A stretch of DNA of 64,000 nucleotides, taken from assembly GCA_963674705.1 (NCBI GenBank), contig OY771506.1:1568001-1632000 (forward strand). The letters run 5' to 3'. This stretch comes from Phycisphaeraceae bacterium (GTDB taxonomy: Bacteria; Planctomycetota; Phycisphaerae; Phycisphaerales; Phycisphaeraceae). The notes under the pieces are model-generated. The model saw only the letters and a program-made list of their open reading frames with translations, was not told the origin of the DNA and searched no databases. The stretch's first letter is position 1. The number at the start of each line of letters is the position of its first letter. Both the position numbers and the translations under genes were made by a program. Below, piece after piece: positions 49,221 through 60,039 of the stretch.

Positions 49221-51839
49221 ATGGCTAAATCCTCTCGAAGTCCAGACGAATGGCGGTGGTTAAGCGCGATCTTGTGGTTGTTGGTGGTGGTGGAGGTCTG
49301 CGGGCCCGCTTGTTTGGCTGCGGATGCGCCGACACATAAAGCGCCTGTGCCGCCGGAGCCGCCGGCGGGGGTGTATCGTGATCCGGATTGGAAGTTTGAT
49401 TTTGAAGGCTACCGATCGATTGCGCAGGGCTGGCTAAGCGCTGACGGCAAGACGTTTTGTTGCATCGCGGACAAGGGCGAGCCGATCGACATCGACTTGA
49501 TGATGCAGGGTCGGGCCAAAGGCAAGTTCAAGGCTGAGCCGGTGTTTGTTGAGTTGGACCTGGTGACGCGCAGCATCGTGCGCGAGGTGGCGCTGCCGGA
49601 GGAGGGGCGGTGGTATAGCATGCCCGCAGTCGCGTTTCTGCCCTTGACAGATCGGTTGATCGTTTGGCGGGCAACTTACGCACCACCGGCCGAAGCAACC
49701 CGGGAGGATATCCCATTTGCTCGCGTCAGCAACGGCTGGGCACTGACTTCGATAGACCTGGGTGAAACACATCAAGCTATCTCACGCGCGTATCCGGGTG
49801 AGCGTGCTGATCCGCCCGGCACGGACTGGCAATGGGAATTCAGCAAGGACGGCCGATGGCTGTGGCGGCTGACGTTTGACCGGGATCAGACGCTTTTCTG
49901 TTTGGAGAAGATGTCGACGCAGTCCCTGGAAACGACGCACACGATCCACTTCGAGTACGAGCTGAGTGAAAGCCAGCTCAGTAATCCAACCAGTCCTTTT
50001 GGCCCCATGGCCTGGCATATCAATGAAGATGCAAACGAACTGTGGGTCGGCTTATTGACCGGGTCGGGGCAGCAAGGTGAATTGCACTGGCTGCGTTTCA
50101 AATTATCTGACGGATCCTTGATCAAAAGGGAAGTGATAAGCGATGCGGTGACGCCGATGCGTGGCGTACGATTCCGGGAAGATGGACGATACCTGGTTGC
50201 ACGTCCGCCGGCGCCGGAGGATCAGTATTGGTCCGCTCCGCAGCGTTACTGGCGATTGCCTGAAGGTGAATGGGTGTACGAGATGCGCCGGTCACCGATA
50301 GGCTGTCACGTTGCGGGTTCACCGTCCGGTAGCAACCGGTACTTGTTCTTCCATGAGTTGCTGAGGCCCGGCGAGGATCAGGTGGTGTGGCGATACGATC
50401 GTGAAGAAGAAGCGTGGAGTTGGCCTAGGTGGGTCGGGGGTCGGCAAGGCGCGAGACTGAAGCTGATATCGCAAGACGGCTCGACACTCGTGACATTCAA
50501 CGACGTCGACAGCCTGAAGAACCGGGTGGCGGTGTATCGGTTCGGCGGACAGGAGCGTTATGACGCGGAAGTAGCCGAAAGCCTGGCAAAACAGTTACCC
50601 CCAAAGCTCGTGCCTGATTCGCCGCCTGAAGCGGAGCATACGATCGCGCTGCCTGCCTTGGATGAAGAAGTGAAGGTAGAGCGTCGAGCGTTGCCTTTAC
50701 CTAAAGGTCGAGTGCTGCGGGCGCATGCCTCGGCGAACGGACAACGGGTGGTGCTGTGGATGCAACGGGGGCTGGATGAAAAACTTGAAAAAGCGGAGCG
50801 GGGCGAAGACGGCGATCCGGGCAAGATCACCTACCGGGCGGTGGTGCTGGATACTGAAAGCGGCCGGGTGCTGCGCGAGGTCGAACCGCCTCAGACTTAC
50901 AAACCGAATGAATTGATCTACCACACGCAGGTGGCTTTGTCGGCCGATGGTCGCTGGCTTGTGGTTTTCTATGCACATGAATTCATGCGTGGACCTTATA
51001 GAGATAGTCCGTTACCCGGCGATGCGCTGGTTCGCGTGATCGATGTGGACAGCGGTGAGGTTCTGGCCGAACGACGCCGTGAAGGCGAGGGGTGGTCTGT
51101 TTTCAGGGTGATCGATGATGGCAAACGCATCCAGATGCGTTCTTCCAACATGTCGAGGCCGACCGTGACAAGTTTTGAGTTCTGGAAGCTGCCGACGCTT
51201 GAGACCGAGGCGAAGATGCAATGGGTTTGGCCCGATCCTGAGTTCGGCGCGGATGAAAACAGCGCAATCGCGGACCGCGTGCGCTACGATGAGGAGCATG
51301 ACCGGCTTGTTGCGGTGATGCGCAACCCGACAGCTTACAATAACAGCCGCAACGACTCTGCGTACCAGTGGGTGCAGATGTTTGATGCTAAAACGATGCA
51401 GCCGAAGGGACGCCGGGCGGTGTTTTACCGTGAGCATGGTCTGGGTCTGGCCCGGCCGGAGAACGGGCTTGTTGTGACAACTTACGGTCGCGATGGTACC
51501 GATAGCTTCATTGACATCTATCATTATGACTCGGTCAGGCCAATCCTGCGGATTGACGGTGAAAATACCCAGCAACGTATTTACGGCAGATTCACCGGCT
51601 GCGGCGCGTGGATCGCAATAGAGTCCGGCTCGCAACGGAACGACAAGCCCGGGGCCGTGCTGGTGAACGCCGAGACAAAAAAAGTGGTCGGGCCTTTGAC
51701 TGGGATGAATCGTAACGAGGCGCTATGGATCAGTGACGACGGCCGAAAGATATTAATCAGTCATAGCAACCCGTTCTTCACGGCATACGATCAATCGCAG
51801 TCTCCCCCGCCGCTCGAATGGCTTTTCGTGGCGGAGTGA
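49221..51839 (+). CDS. Secreted hypothetical protein, probable tandem beta-propeller
   Basis: Signal peptide, repeated S(A/K/Q/D)DG(K/R/S) blade motifs, GGAGG RBS before ATG 49221. Confidence 0.65.
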   Translation: MAKSSRSPDEWRWLSAILWLLVVVEVCGPACLAADAPTHKAPVPPEPPAGVYRDPDWKFDFEGYRSIAQGWLSADGKTFCCIADKGEPIDIDLMMQGRAKGKFKAEPVFVELDLVTRSIVREVALPEEGRWYSMPAVAFLPLTDRLIVWRATYAPPAEATREDIPFARVSNGWALTSIDLGETHQAISRAYPGERADPPGTDWQWEFSKDGRWLWRLTFDRDQTLFCLEKMSTQSLETTHTIHFEYELSESQLSNPTSPFGPMAWHINEDANELWVGLLTGSGQQGELHWLRFKLSDGSLIKREVISDAVTPMRGVRFREDGRYLVARPPAPEDQYWSAPQRYWRLPEGEWVYEMRRSPIGCHVAGSPSGSNRYLFFHELLRPGEDQVVWRYDREEEAWSWPRWVGGRQGARLKLISQDGSTLVTFNDVDSLKNRVAVYRFGGQERYDAEVAESLAKQLPPKLVPDSPPEAEHTIALPALDEEVKVERRALPLPKGRVLRAHASANGQRVVLWMQRGLDEKLEKAERGEDGDPGKITYRAVVLDTESGRVLREVEPPQTYKPNELIYHTQVALSADGRWLVVFYAHEFMRGPYRDSPLPGDALVRVIDVDSGEVLAERRREGEGWSVFRVIDDGKRIQMRSSNMSRPTVTSFEFWKLPTLETEAKMQWVWPDPEFGADENSAIADRVRYDEEHDRLVAVMRNPTAYNNSRNDSAYQWVQMFDAKTMQPKGRRAVFYREHGLGLARPENGLVVTTYGRDGTDSFIDIYHYDSVRPILRIDGENTQQRIYGRFTGCGAWIAIESGSQRNDKPGAVLVNAETKKVVGPLTGMNRNEALWISDDGRKILISHSNPFFTAYDQSQSPPPLEWLFVAE

Positions 51840-51902
51840 TGCAGTCTGCGAGGTTCTGTGATGATGATCATTTAGTTAATAGTTGATTGAATTACATCAA
51901 AC

Positions 51903-51939
51903 CGGCCCTCACCCCGGCCTCTGCCGGGGGCAGAGGGAG
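51903..51939. repeat. BoxC/REP-like extragenic palindrome
   Basis: CGGCCCTCACCCCGGCCTCTGCC-GGG-GGCAGAGG, sharing CGGCCCTCACCC with the copies at 61171 and 61290. Confidence 0.6.
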
Positions 51940-52027
51940 GTAGGTAATGGAAAGCGCTCTGACCTCGCGCTAGAATGGGACTCGATTACTACTTAATCCT
52001 GTTCAACCTAATACGAAAGGCATACAC

Positions 52028-52609
52028 GTGGCGGCGAAGAAGATATTGATGATTGTTGGTGATTATGGCGAAGACTACGAGATCATGGTGCCGTTCCAGG
52101 CGCTGTTGATGGTGGGGCATCAGGTGGATGCGGTGTGCCCGGATAAGAAGGCGGGCGAATCGGTGCGGACGGCGATCCATGATTTTGAAGGCGACCAGAC
52201 CTACAGCGAGAAGCCGGGGCATAACTTTACGCTCAACGCGACGTTTGATGAAGTCGATCCGAAGGATTACGACGCGCTGGTTGTGCCGGGCGGGCGTGCG
52301 CCGGAGTATCTGAGGCTGAACGAAAAAGTGATCGGGATGGTCAAGCACTTTTTCGATGAAGATAAGCCGGTCGCGGCGATCTGCCATGCGCTGCAGTTAC
52401 TGGCGGCAGCGGGCGTGTTGAAAGGACGCAAGGCGTCGGCGTATCCGGCGTGTGGCCCGGATGTGAACGCTTCGGGCGGGCAGTACCAGGCGATCGACAT
52501 CGACGCTGCATGCACAGACGGCAAGCTCGTTACCGCACCGGCCTGGCCTGCACACCCGGCGTGGCTGGCGCAGTTCCTGAAGGTGCTGGGCACGACGATC
52601 AATCCGTAA
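52028..52609 (+). CDS. DJ-1/PfpI family protein
   Basis: [38 protein letters not shown] (nucleophile Cys). Confidence 0.92.
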   Translation: MAAKKILMIVGDYGEDYEIMVPFQALLMVGHQVDAVCPDKKAGESVRTAIHDFEGDQTYSEKPGHNFTLNATFDEVDPKDYDALVVPGGRAPEYLRLNEKVIGMVKHFFDEDKPVAAICHALQLLAAAGVLKGRKASAYPACGPDVNASGGQYQAIDIDAACTDGKLVTAPAWPAHPAWLAQFLKVLGTTINP

Positions 52610-52640
52610 ACGTAAAGTAAATTACATTTATTGATTAGAT

Positions 52641-52677
52641 ACGACGGGTCCCGATCTGTGGGGCCCGTTGTTTTTTT
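52641..52677 (+). terminator. Intrinsic terminator
   Basis: ACGACGGGTCCC-loop-GGGCCCGTTGT followed by a T run. Confidence 0.65.
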
Positions 52678-52751
52678 GAAACTTACGCATGCAATATGGT
52701 CAGGCACTATGATGTGAGTTGCTGATGCGCAAATACACAAAGGAACTTCAC

Positions 52752-53666
52752 ATGGCGGAGATCACTTCCACGCACGCCCGGTTTGCTTCGCAATTTGCTG
52801 TGTCACTTTGGCGCAGTGCTGTGCTGCTGCTGTGTGCTTTAGTTGTGCTATGTGCGAACGCGGTGGTATTGGGTGATGAACAAGCGGCAGATGGGGCCAG
52901 CGAGGAAAAATCCGCGCTCTGGATCATCGGCGATTCAACCGTCCGCAACGGCAGTAACGACGGCGTCGGCTGGGGCGAGGTGATCGGGGAGTACTTCGAT
53001 CAGGAAAAGATCACGATCCAGAACCGCGCGATCGGCGGACGCAGCAGCCGAACGTTCCGCACCGAGGGACGCTGGGAAAAGATATTAGAAGAGGCGAAGC
53101 CGGGCGATTACGTGTTGATGCAGTTCGGGCATAACGACCCGATCGCGCCGGATGATCCGAAGCGGCCGCGAGGCACGATCCGCGGGATCGGCGATGAAAC
53201 GGTTGAGATCACGCACCCACACACCGGCGAGCAGGAGATCGTCCACACGTTCGGTTGGTACATGCGGATGTACGTGCGCGAAGCCAAAGAAAAAGGCATG
53301 ATCCCGATCGTCTGTTCATACGTCCCGCGCGCGCCGAGGAAAGGTGAAACGCCGGACCCGACACTTCGCAGCTATGCGCTCTATGCTCAGCAGGTGGCGG
53401 AGCAGGAAGACGCAGCGTTCATCGACTTGTTCGGCCGGATCGCACGGGATTATGCAGAGATCGAAGCCAAGCAGCCGCACGCGGTGAAAGAAAACCTGTT
53501 CGTCGAAGGTGACCGTGATTACACGCACACGCGAAGCGCCGGCGCCGAGCGCAATGCTCAGCATGTAGCCAAGGGCATCGTGGATCTTGACGGTGAGGCC
53601 GGGGAATTGGCACGGTACCTGATCGGTGCGCCGGATCAAGAGCAAGTTCGCGGGGCGAACCGCTAA
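52752..53666 (+). CDS. SGNH rhamnogalacturonan acetylesterase (CE12-like)
   Basis: IGDSTV, GWGE, NRAIGGRSSRTF, QFGHND, DYTH. Confidence 0.88.
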   Translation: MAEITSTHARFASQFAVSLWRSAVLLLCALVVLCANAVVLGDEQAADGASEEKSALWIIGDSTVRNGSNDGVGWGEVIGEYFDQEKITIQNRAIGGRSSRTFRTEGRWEKILEEAKPGDYVLMQFGHNDPIAPDDPKRPRGTIRGIGDETVEITHPHTGEQEIVHTFGWYMRMYVREAKEKGMIPIVCSYVPRAPRKGETPDPTLRSYALYAQQVAEQEDAAFIDLFGRIARDYAEIEAKQPHAVKENLFVEGDRDYTHTRSAGAERNAQHVAKGIVDLDGEAGELARYLIGAPDQEQVRGANR

Positions 53667-53694
53667 GGCTGAGACTGCTGATTAATCAGTCGGC

Positions 53695-55464
53695 CTATTG
53701 CTGCTGGTCCTCTAGCTGTACAAGCACAAGCTCGTGGCGAGCGATTGATATCCGATCTGCACGATCGATCAACTGGATATCGATATCGTCACCTGCTTCA
53801 TTGAACAACATAGTGAATAAACCTTCGGGACGGCGAAGTTGCCGGATGCGCAGATTGGTGTGATGCCCTGCAATGATTGAATTGATGTGGCTCAAAGCTC
53901 GGATGGAGTCGATCAGCTTTGCAGTTGTATGAATAACACGGCCAGCTTGTTCAAAAGGTTTAAGTACTGCGCACAATTCATCGGTCAACAGCGTGTCATC
54001 TTCCACGATCAGTACACGATAATGCATCGGGCCGATAGCTATGTGGTTGCTGGTCACGATGGCGGTGCCGTCGAGCAGCAGACGGTTTTCCAGATAATTG
54101 AAGTCGACTTGGTGTTCGTACAGTTCTTTGACGGTGCGCCAGGGGCAGCGGTCGCTGGTGAGGATCGCGACGTCACAAACGTGTTCGCTGGTCGCGTTAA
54201 GGTGGCAGAGTTGCCTGCATTGATCGGCAAAGGGTTTGAATTCATTCCACCACGATGCATGCGGACCGACCTGTGGCGGGCGCTCGTCACGGCGCGGGCC
54301 GCGCGTGCTGTAATAGAAGGCGTGCGGGATCAGCATGTTGACCCCGCGCACAAGGCACCAGTACGCGAGCCATTTGAATTCGTCGAAAGTGGTTTCGTGG
54401 CCGTACGCGCCGCAGAATTCGTTGCTGTTTCGTTCACGGCTCAGGTGCAGCGCAGCGGAGCTGCTTGCTTTAGCTTGCGTGGATTCCGGGCCTACGATCG
54501 CGGTGGGCGTGTCGGGTTCGACCCATCGCCAGACCAGGTCCTGGCCCGGTGTCTGGAAGTATCGCAGGCTGCCGATCTCATCGCCCTCGGCCGGATGGCC
54601 GCATAGCGCAACTTTGTGCCGCCCGCACCACGCGCTTAACGGCGCGTACCATGTTTCTTCCAGACGCAACCGGATCGCTTGCATGTATTGAGCGCGATAT
54701 AGCTCAGCATCTGGAAAGTCATCGAACCATAAGGCCAGCAAGTACGGTGCGAAGTCTTTGCCGAGCAGGCGGTTGATGTGCGAGAGGATATTGGTTGTGC
54801 CGGGCCAGGTGTTTTGCTCACGGCATCGGCCGAGAGGATTAGGTTCATCGGTGAAAATGCCCTGGATCGTATTGCCGAAGTGCTGTCCGAATTCGCTGTA
54901 ATAACGGCCATAAACAAGATTGATGAAAGATGCAACCGCGTCGGGGTTGAGGATATCCGCCATCGCCGGCTCATCTTCAGCCGGCCCGTCGTTGATGTAA
55001 TGCAACCCGCGGATCACGCTGTCAACCCGACGGTCGACGATGCGGATGTGTCGGTTGTTGATTGTTTTATCGAGTAGCACGTTGTGATCATCGGGCAATG
55101 ATGTATCAGCATCATCCATCGCCAGGCAACGGCAAGCATGACTCGGATCGGCCGCGACAACCTGCCCGCTAGCCGAACCGCTTGGGTACATCCCCTCATC
55201 GTAGAGCAGCACGGTCATGTCGCGCTTGTACGCTTCTTCGATTACAAGATGCATAAAGCCCAGCAAGCGCTCGCTCATCCAGCCGCAATCGCGCGGCAGG
55301 CCCACACGTGGATGGATCACAGAGCCGTACACGCCGTGGCTTTCAAACTCATCGATCTGTCGGAGCAATTCGTCCGCTTCCAGCCGATCGTTCCAGAACC
55401 AGAACGGCATGAGCGTATATCGACGTGGCGCGTCGGGCAGAGATAGATGATCTACGACTCTCAT
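53695..55464 (-). CDS. GH106-like glycoside hydrolase (alpha-L-rhamnosidase-like), cytoplasmic
   Basis: PFWFWND, HPRVGL, LYDEGMYPSGSASG, GIFTDEP, GVNMLIPHAFYYS. Confidence 0.7.
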   Translation of the reverse strand: MRVVDHLSLPDAPRRYTLMPFWFWNDRLEADELLRQIDEFESHGVYGSVIHPRVGLPRDCGWMSERLLGFMHLVIEEAYKRDMTVLLYDEGMYPSGSASGQVVAADPSHACRCLAMDDADTSLPDDHNVLLDKTINNRHIRIVDRRVDSVIRGLHYINDGPAEDEPAMADILNPDAVASFINLVYGRYYSEFGQHFGNTIQGIFTDEPNPLGRCREQNTWPGTTNILSHINRLLGKDFAPYLLALWFDDFPDAELYRAQYMQAIRLRLEETWYAPLSAWCGRHKVALCGHPAEGDEIGSLRYFQTPGQDLVWRWVEPDTPTAIVGPESTQAKASSSAALHLSRERNSNEFCGAYGHETTFDEFKWLAYWCLVRGVNMLIPHAFYYSTRGPRRDERPPQVGPHASWWNEFKPFADQCRQLCHLNATSEHVCDVAILTSDRCPWRTVKELYEHQVDFNYLENRLLLDGTAIVTSNHIAIGPMHYRVLIVEDDTLLTDELCAVLKPFEQAGRVIHTTAKLIDSIRALSHINSIIAGHHTNLRIRQLRRPEGLFTMLFNEAGDDIDIQLIDRADRISIARHELVLVQLEDQQQ

Positions 55465-55528
55465 GTTGATTAACAGCGGCGCTGGTGTTGTATCGGTTAA
55501 GATATGTCAGCCATAAGGGGACCTTTCC

Positions 55529-57007
55529 ATGCAATTGTATCGCACCATCAAGTCAATGACAGCCCGGGCGATCATGGTTCTGACCATGGCGGCCATGCAG
55601 CTTGGCGCATCAGGGCAAACGCCATCGACGCCCGCTGACCGCGTGATCGAAATAGGTTCGCGTTTGCAGCTATTCCTTGACGATCACCTGATCGATTCAT
55701 TCGATGGTGCACGGCTACGTATGCACGCACCGATCGCGAGGGAGGCAGTGTTTGAATTTGACCAGCCATGGGAAGGCGGGCAGAGCGCATATGTGACTGT
55801 GCTCGAAGATGGCGGCAGATTCCGGCTGTATTACCGGGGCGGCGGTGAACTGACACAAGAGGTGACATGTTTGGCTGAGAGCGCGGACGGCATCCACTGG
55901 GAGCGCCCGACGTTTGGGTTGTTCGAGTTCGACGGCTCGAAGGACAATAACATCATCTGGCGCAGCAAGCGCAAAGCCTACGGTGCCTGTCACAACTTCA
56001 CGCCGTTCATTGATACCAACCCGGATGCGCTGCCCGAGCAGCGATACAAGGCGATCGCGATCGAGAAGTTCCCCGATGGCAGCGGCGATGTCAGCAAGAT
56101 GTTGATCGCATTGGCTTCGTCTGACGGTATTCACTGGCATTGGATGCATGACGGGCCGATCATCCGCAAAGGCGGTTTTGATTCGCAGAATGTCGCGTTC
56201 TGGGATTCGATATACCAGGAGTACGTCTGCTATTCACGCATCGGCGTGCAAGGCGTGCGCAGCGTGCAACGCCATACCTCCAAAGACTTCATCCACTGGA
56301 CCGGCGGCGAACCGCTTGACTTCGGCGACAGCGAGCTTGAACAGTTCTACACCAACGCGATCAAGCCTTACTTCCGCAACCCTCGACTATACATCGGCCT
56401 GCCGATGCGATTCGTACCGCAACGCAAAACCATTGGCGAAGAACGTCACGCAATCGATGGCGTATCCGATGCCGTACTGATCAGCAGCCGTGACGGACTG
56501 CACTTCGACCGCACCTTCCGCGAAGCGTTCATCCGCCCCGGGCTCGATCCGATGAACTGGGGCAACGCCCACGGCAACAACACCCCGGCATGGGGCATCA
56601 TCCAAACCTCCGAAACCGAGTTATCCATCTACTGGGCGCAGCGCTACGGCGACGTACCCGTCTTGCGACGAGGATCCCTGCGTATCGATGGCTTCGCTTC
56701 GCTCTACGCACCGGACGCCGGCGGCGAAGCAGTCACCCTGCCGTTGCAGATCACCGGCAATAAACTCGTGATCAACTTCGCAACGTCAGCCGTCGGCAGC
56801 GTGCGTGTAGAGCTTCAGGATGCTGCGGGCAATCCGCTGCCCGGCTACACGCTTGAGGATAGCGAAGAAGTTTTCGGGGACGCGATCGAACGCACACTCT
56901 CCTGGCAAAGCCGGACCGACCTGACGGAGCTTGGAGACAGGCCGATCCGTTTGCGGTTTGTATTGCGTGATGCAGATGTTTATACGTTTGGTTTCAAGTC
57001 GCAGTAG
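55529..57007 (+). CDS. Secreted beta-propeller putative glycoside hydrolase (GH32/43-like)
   Basis: Signal peptide, QLFLDDHLI, Asp-box-like SADGIHW, SSDGIHW, SKDFIHW and SRDGLHF repeats, LRIDGFAS. Confidence 0.65.
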   Translation: MQLYRTIKSMTARAIMVLTMAAMQLGASGQTPSTPADRVIEIGSRLQLFLDDHLIDSFDGARLRMHAPIAREAVFEFDQPWEGGQSAYVTVLEDGGRFRLYYRGGGELTQEVTCLAESADGIHWERPTFGLFEFDGSKDNNIIWRSKRKAYGACHNFTPFIDTNPDALPEQRYKAIAIEKFPDGSGDVSKMLIALASSDGIHWHWMHDGPIIRKGGFDSQNVAFWDSIYQEYVCYSRIGVQGVRSVQRHTSKDFIHWTGGEPLDFGDSELEQFYTNAIKPYFRNPRLYIGLPMRFVPQRKTIGEERHAIDGVSDAVLISSRDGLHFDRTFREAFIRPGLDPMNWGNAHGNNTPAWGIIQTSETELSIYWAQRYGDVPVLRRGSLRIDGFASLYAPDAGGEAVTLPLQITGNKLVINFATSAVGSVRVELQDAAGNPLPGYTLEDSEEVFGDAIERTLSWQSRTDLTELGDRPIRLRFVLRDADVYTFGFKSQ

Positions 57008-57018
57008 CTTGATACGGT

Positions 57019-58416
57019 TCAAGTTCGCCGCGTGATTGCCAATGCGCAACCCGCCTCGAAAAGCAACAGGCTTGCCGGTTCAGGCACGGCATCGCTCGAA
57101 GTCGGCGGTGTTCCGGTGTTCCATTGCGAGAGCACAACATCGAGGTCCGACAACCCGACAAAACCTTCGCCCGTGATGTCGGCACTTGGATCGGCATCGG
57201 GCACAGCCATGTTCCAGTTGTTGAGGATGACATCGAGATCCGTCAGGCCGACGAAGCCGTCCTGATTGATGTCACCGGTGAGTGTGGGTGTGGTTCGCGT
57301 CATGGATAGCGGGACGGGCGCTTCGCTTGGCGAAAGCAGGAACAAGTGTGACCCATAAGTGTCGGTGCCGTCGAGCCGACCGGTGGCGATGATCTCGCCC
57401 TGCTCGGTGATTGCCAACGCGTTTTCGAGGATGTAGTCACCGTCGATCAGTTCGTTAAGGTCGGTAACGGACCATGCGCCTGCGTCGTATTGCCAGATCG
57501 CGGCGAAGTGTTCCCAGCTCTGATCGTTACGCCACGTGTTGCCGACCGCCCACAGCGCGTTATTCACATCATTCACTGTTCCTTCATCAACGCTGTTTTG
57601 TGTCGGCAGGCCGAGGTCGGTGATGGTTGTGCCATCGATGCTGGCAAAGGGGTGTCTGCGGTAGAGGGTAGAGACGCCGTTGTAGTTCACGGTCGTGCTG
57701 TTGCCGACGATCGTGCCGTTGCCGTTGATGGCGTTGGCTTGTGTTGTGCTGGCGAACGTGTCGAGTGTTTCGTATGCACCGTTCGGGTAATAAACGAATG
57801 CACGGGTGCCCGTTCCAGTATCCGCCCAGCCGACAACCATCCCCGCATCGTTGACCGCGTTTGCGCCTGCTTTGGAGGCGATCGGTGTCAGGTCGGTTTT
57901 TGAATCCGTTGTGCTGTCATACGAGATCGCATGTGAGGTATAGCCGTAGGAAGATTCGCCATTACCCGTGAGTGTGGAGTCGCCGACCGCGATGCCGTTG
58001 TTATTGATGTCGTTGGCGTGCGTGAAGGAGACGCGGCCGTTCTGGAAGTGATAATCCGTGCCGTCCCAGTAAAGGTATTGCCAGTAGTAGGTGCCGTAGG
58101 GATTGATGTTTTCAATCGTAGGCGTGTCGGTGACGACGGCCGACAACGGGCCGTAGGTTGACGAGCGCTCACCGACGGTTTGGCCGTTGGTGTTATGGGC
58201 TTGTGCTACGTACCCCGTGGGCGCACCTGCCGGCGCATAAGGGACCCATCTTTGGAAGTGTGGCAACGTATCGAGTTGTGTCTGATTCCAGCCGGTGATA
58301 TCGGTCAGCGAGAAGGTCAGTTCGGCGTTCGCCACGGTGCCGGTAAACAGCAAGGCACTCGCGGACAGAAGTATCGCCCAACAGCGATAGCCGGCAGAGT
58401 CAGCAATAGAACTCAT
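57019..58416 (-). CDS. HAF-type extracellular repeat protein with dockerin-like domain and PEP-CTERM
   Basis: Repeats ANDINNNGIAVG, ANAVNDAGMVVG, ANAINGNGTIVG; GDINQDGFVGLTDLD; VPEPASLLLF; ATG 58416 after GGAG. Confidence 0.83.
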   Translation of the reverse strand: MSSIADSAGYRCWAILLSASALLFTGTVANAELTFSLTDITGWNQTQLDTLPHFQRWVPYAPAGAPTGYVAQAHNTNGQTVGERSSTYGPLSAVVTDTPTIENINPYGTYYWQYLYWDGTDYHFQNGRVSFTHANDINNNGIAVGDSTLTGNGESSYGYTSHAISYDSTTDSKTDLTPIASKAGANAVNDAGMVVGWADTGTGTRAFVYYPNGAYETLDTFASTTQANAINGNGTIVGNSTTVNYNGVSTLYRRHPFASIDGTTITDLGLPTQNSVDEGTVNDVNNALWAVGNTWRNDQSWEHFAAIWQYDAGAWSVTDLNELIDGDYILENALAITEQGEIIATGRLDGTDTYGSHLFLLSPSEAPVPLSMTRTTPTLTGDINQDGFVGLTDLDVILNNWNMAVPDADPSADITGEGFVGLSDLDVVLSQWNTGTPPTSSDAVPEPASLLLFEAGCALAITRRT

Positions 58417-58849
58417 AGGAATCTCCAAGGATTGAATTGGCCGCCCACGAGCCGAAGCATCGACTCACATACTGCGGGCATTATACGGAGGCAGATGCAT
58501 GAATAGGCACAGAACCAGCATGAATACCTGAATTTTAAAATATGTGATTGTGATACAGTCTCAAATATGCGAGGTTTATTTTGGCCTGCTATTCGGTGTG
58601 ATCGCTCCATTTATCACGCGTGACTCTCCACCTGGTCCAACTTGGTGAATAAAGTGATGACGATGCTTACATACCCTTTTCACTTTATCTGGCCACCGGT
58701 TGTTCTCTTAGTATCGCCGCATTAACCGACTTGATATGCCTTAATCAGCATGTGACGGGGTATTACACGCCTTGCCGGACCGCTGCTCTGAGGCCGTTTT
58801 AATAAGACTCTTCGGTACGCTATCATGCTTCGAACAGGAGACTTTCAGC

Positions 58850-60019
58850 ATGAGTAACACCGCTCCCACCGTTAAACTGGCGATTGTCGGCATGGGCTCG
58901 ATCGCCCAGATGCATATCGAGCACGCCAAACAGATCGAAGGCGTGGATATCACCGCCGTATGCGATATCGACCCGAAGGCGCTGCAGCGTGCGGTTGAAA
59001 AATGTGATTGCAAAGGGTTTGCCACGCATCAAGAACTGCTTGAAGCCGATGTGTGCGATGCGGTGCTGATCTGCACCCCCCACTACGACCACACCACGAT
59101 CGGCATCGCGGCCCTCAATGCGGGCAAGCACGTGCTGGTCGAAAAACCGATCTCCGTGCACAAGGCCGACTGCGAAAAACTGATCGCGGCCTACAAAGAT
59201 AAGAGCCTCGTCTTTGCCGCGATGTTCAATCAACGTACCGACCCGAGCTACAAGAAACTCAAAGCGATGCTGGGCAACGGCGAACTCGGCGACATCGTAC
59301 GCGTCAGTTGGATCATCACCGACTGGGTGCGCACCGAGAAGTATTATCGCGGTGGCGGGTGGCGTGCGACCTGGGCCGGCGAGGGCGGCGGCGTGCTGCT
59401 GAACCAGTGCCCGCATCAATTGGATCTGATGCAGTGGCTGTTCGGCATGCCCATGAAAGTGGCGGGGTTCTGCGGCCTGGGTAAACGACATGACATCGAG
59501 GTCGAGGACCAGGTCACCGCATACCTTGAATACGACAACGGGGCAACCGGCACATTTATCACCGCCACCGGTGAAGCACCGGGCACGAACCGCCTGGAAG
59601 TCGCGGCCGAGCGAGGCAGGGTCGTGATTGAAGACGGCACATTCAAGTTCACTCGCAACGAAGTGCCGGCCGACGACTACCTGAAAACCAGCGAAAACGC
59701 GTTCGGCGGGCCCGAGGTCTGGCACGTCGATATCCCGATTAAAGGCAAGGGCGGGCAGCACAAGGAAGTCCTGGCGAACTTCATCGATGCGATCCGCAAC
59801 GGCGCGGAACTGATCGCACCGGCGACGGAAGGGATACACTCGGTCGAACTGGGGAACGCGATGCTGTATTCGTCGATCACGGGTAAACCCGTCGGCATGC
59901 CGTTGGATGGTGTGGCTTACGAAGGGCAGCTCAAGAAGCTGATCGAGGAATCGACGCACGTGAAGAAGGTCGATGATGATAGTCAGCCTCGCGATATGAG
60001 TAGTAGTTTTGGAAATTAG
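58850..60019 (+). CDS. Gfo/Idh/MocA family oxidoreductase
   Basis: IVGMGSIA, ICTPHYDH, GKHVLVEKP, GGGVLLNQCPHQLD. Confidence 0.93.
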   Translation: MSNTAPTVKLAIVGMGSIAQMHIEHAKQIEGVDITAVCDIDPKALQRAVEKCDCKGFATHQELLEADVCDAVLICTPHYDHTTIGIAALNAGKHVLVEKPISVHKADCEKLIAAYKDKSLVFAAMFNQRTDPSYKKLKAMLGNGELGDIVRVSWIITDWVRTEKYYRGGGWRATWAGEGGGVLLNQCPHQLDLMQWLFGMPMKVAGFCGLGKRHDIEVEDQVTAYLEYDNGATGTFITATGEAPGTNRLEVAAERGRVVIEDGTFKFTRNEVPADDYLKTSENAFGGPEVWHVDIPIKGKGGQHKEVLANFIDAIRNGAELIAPATEGIHSVELGNAMLYSSITGKPVGMPLDGVAYEGQLKKLIEESTHVKKVDDDSQPRDMSSSFGN

Positions 60020-60039
60020 TATCCAAACATAAAGCAGCA

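Noticed and set aside
58649..58688. 9-bp inverted repeat ATAAAGTGA/TCACTTTAT in a divergent intergenic region
   Set aside because: Short, with a 22-bp spacer, and no second copy or nearby regulator to support it.
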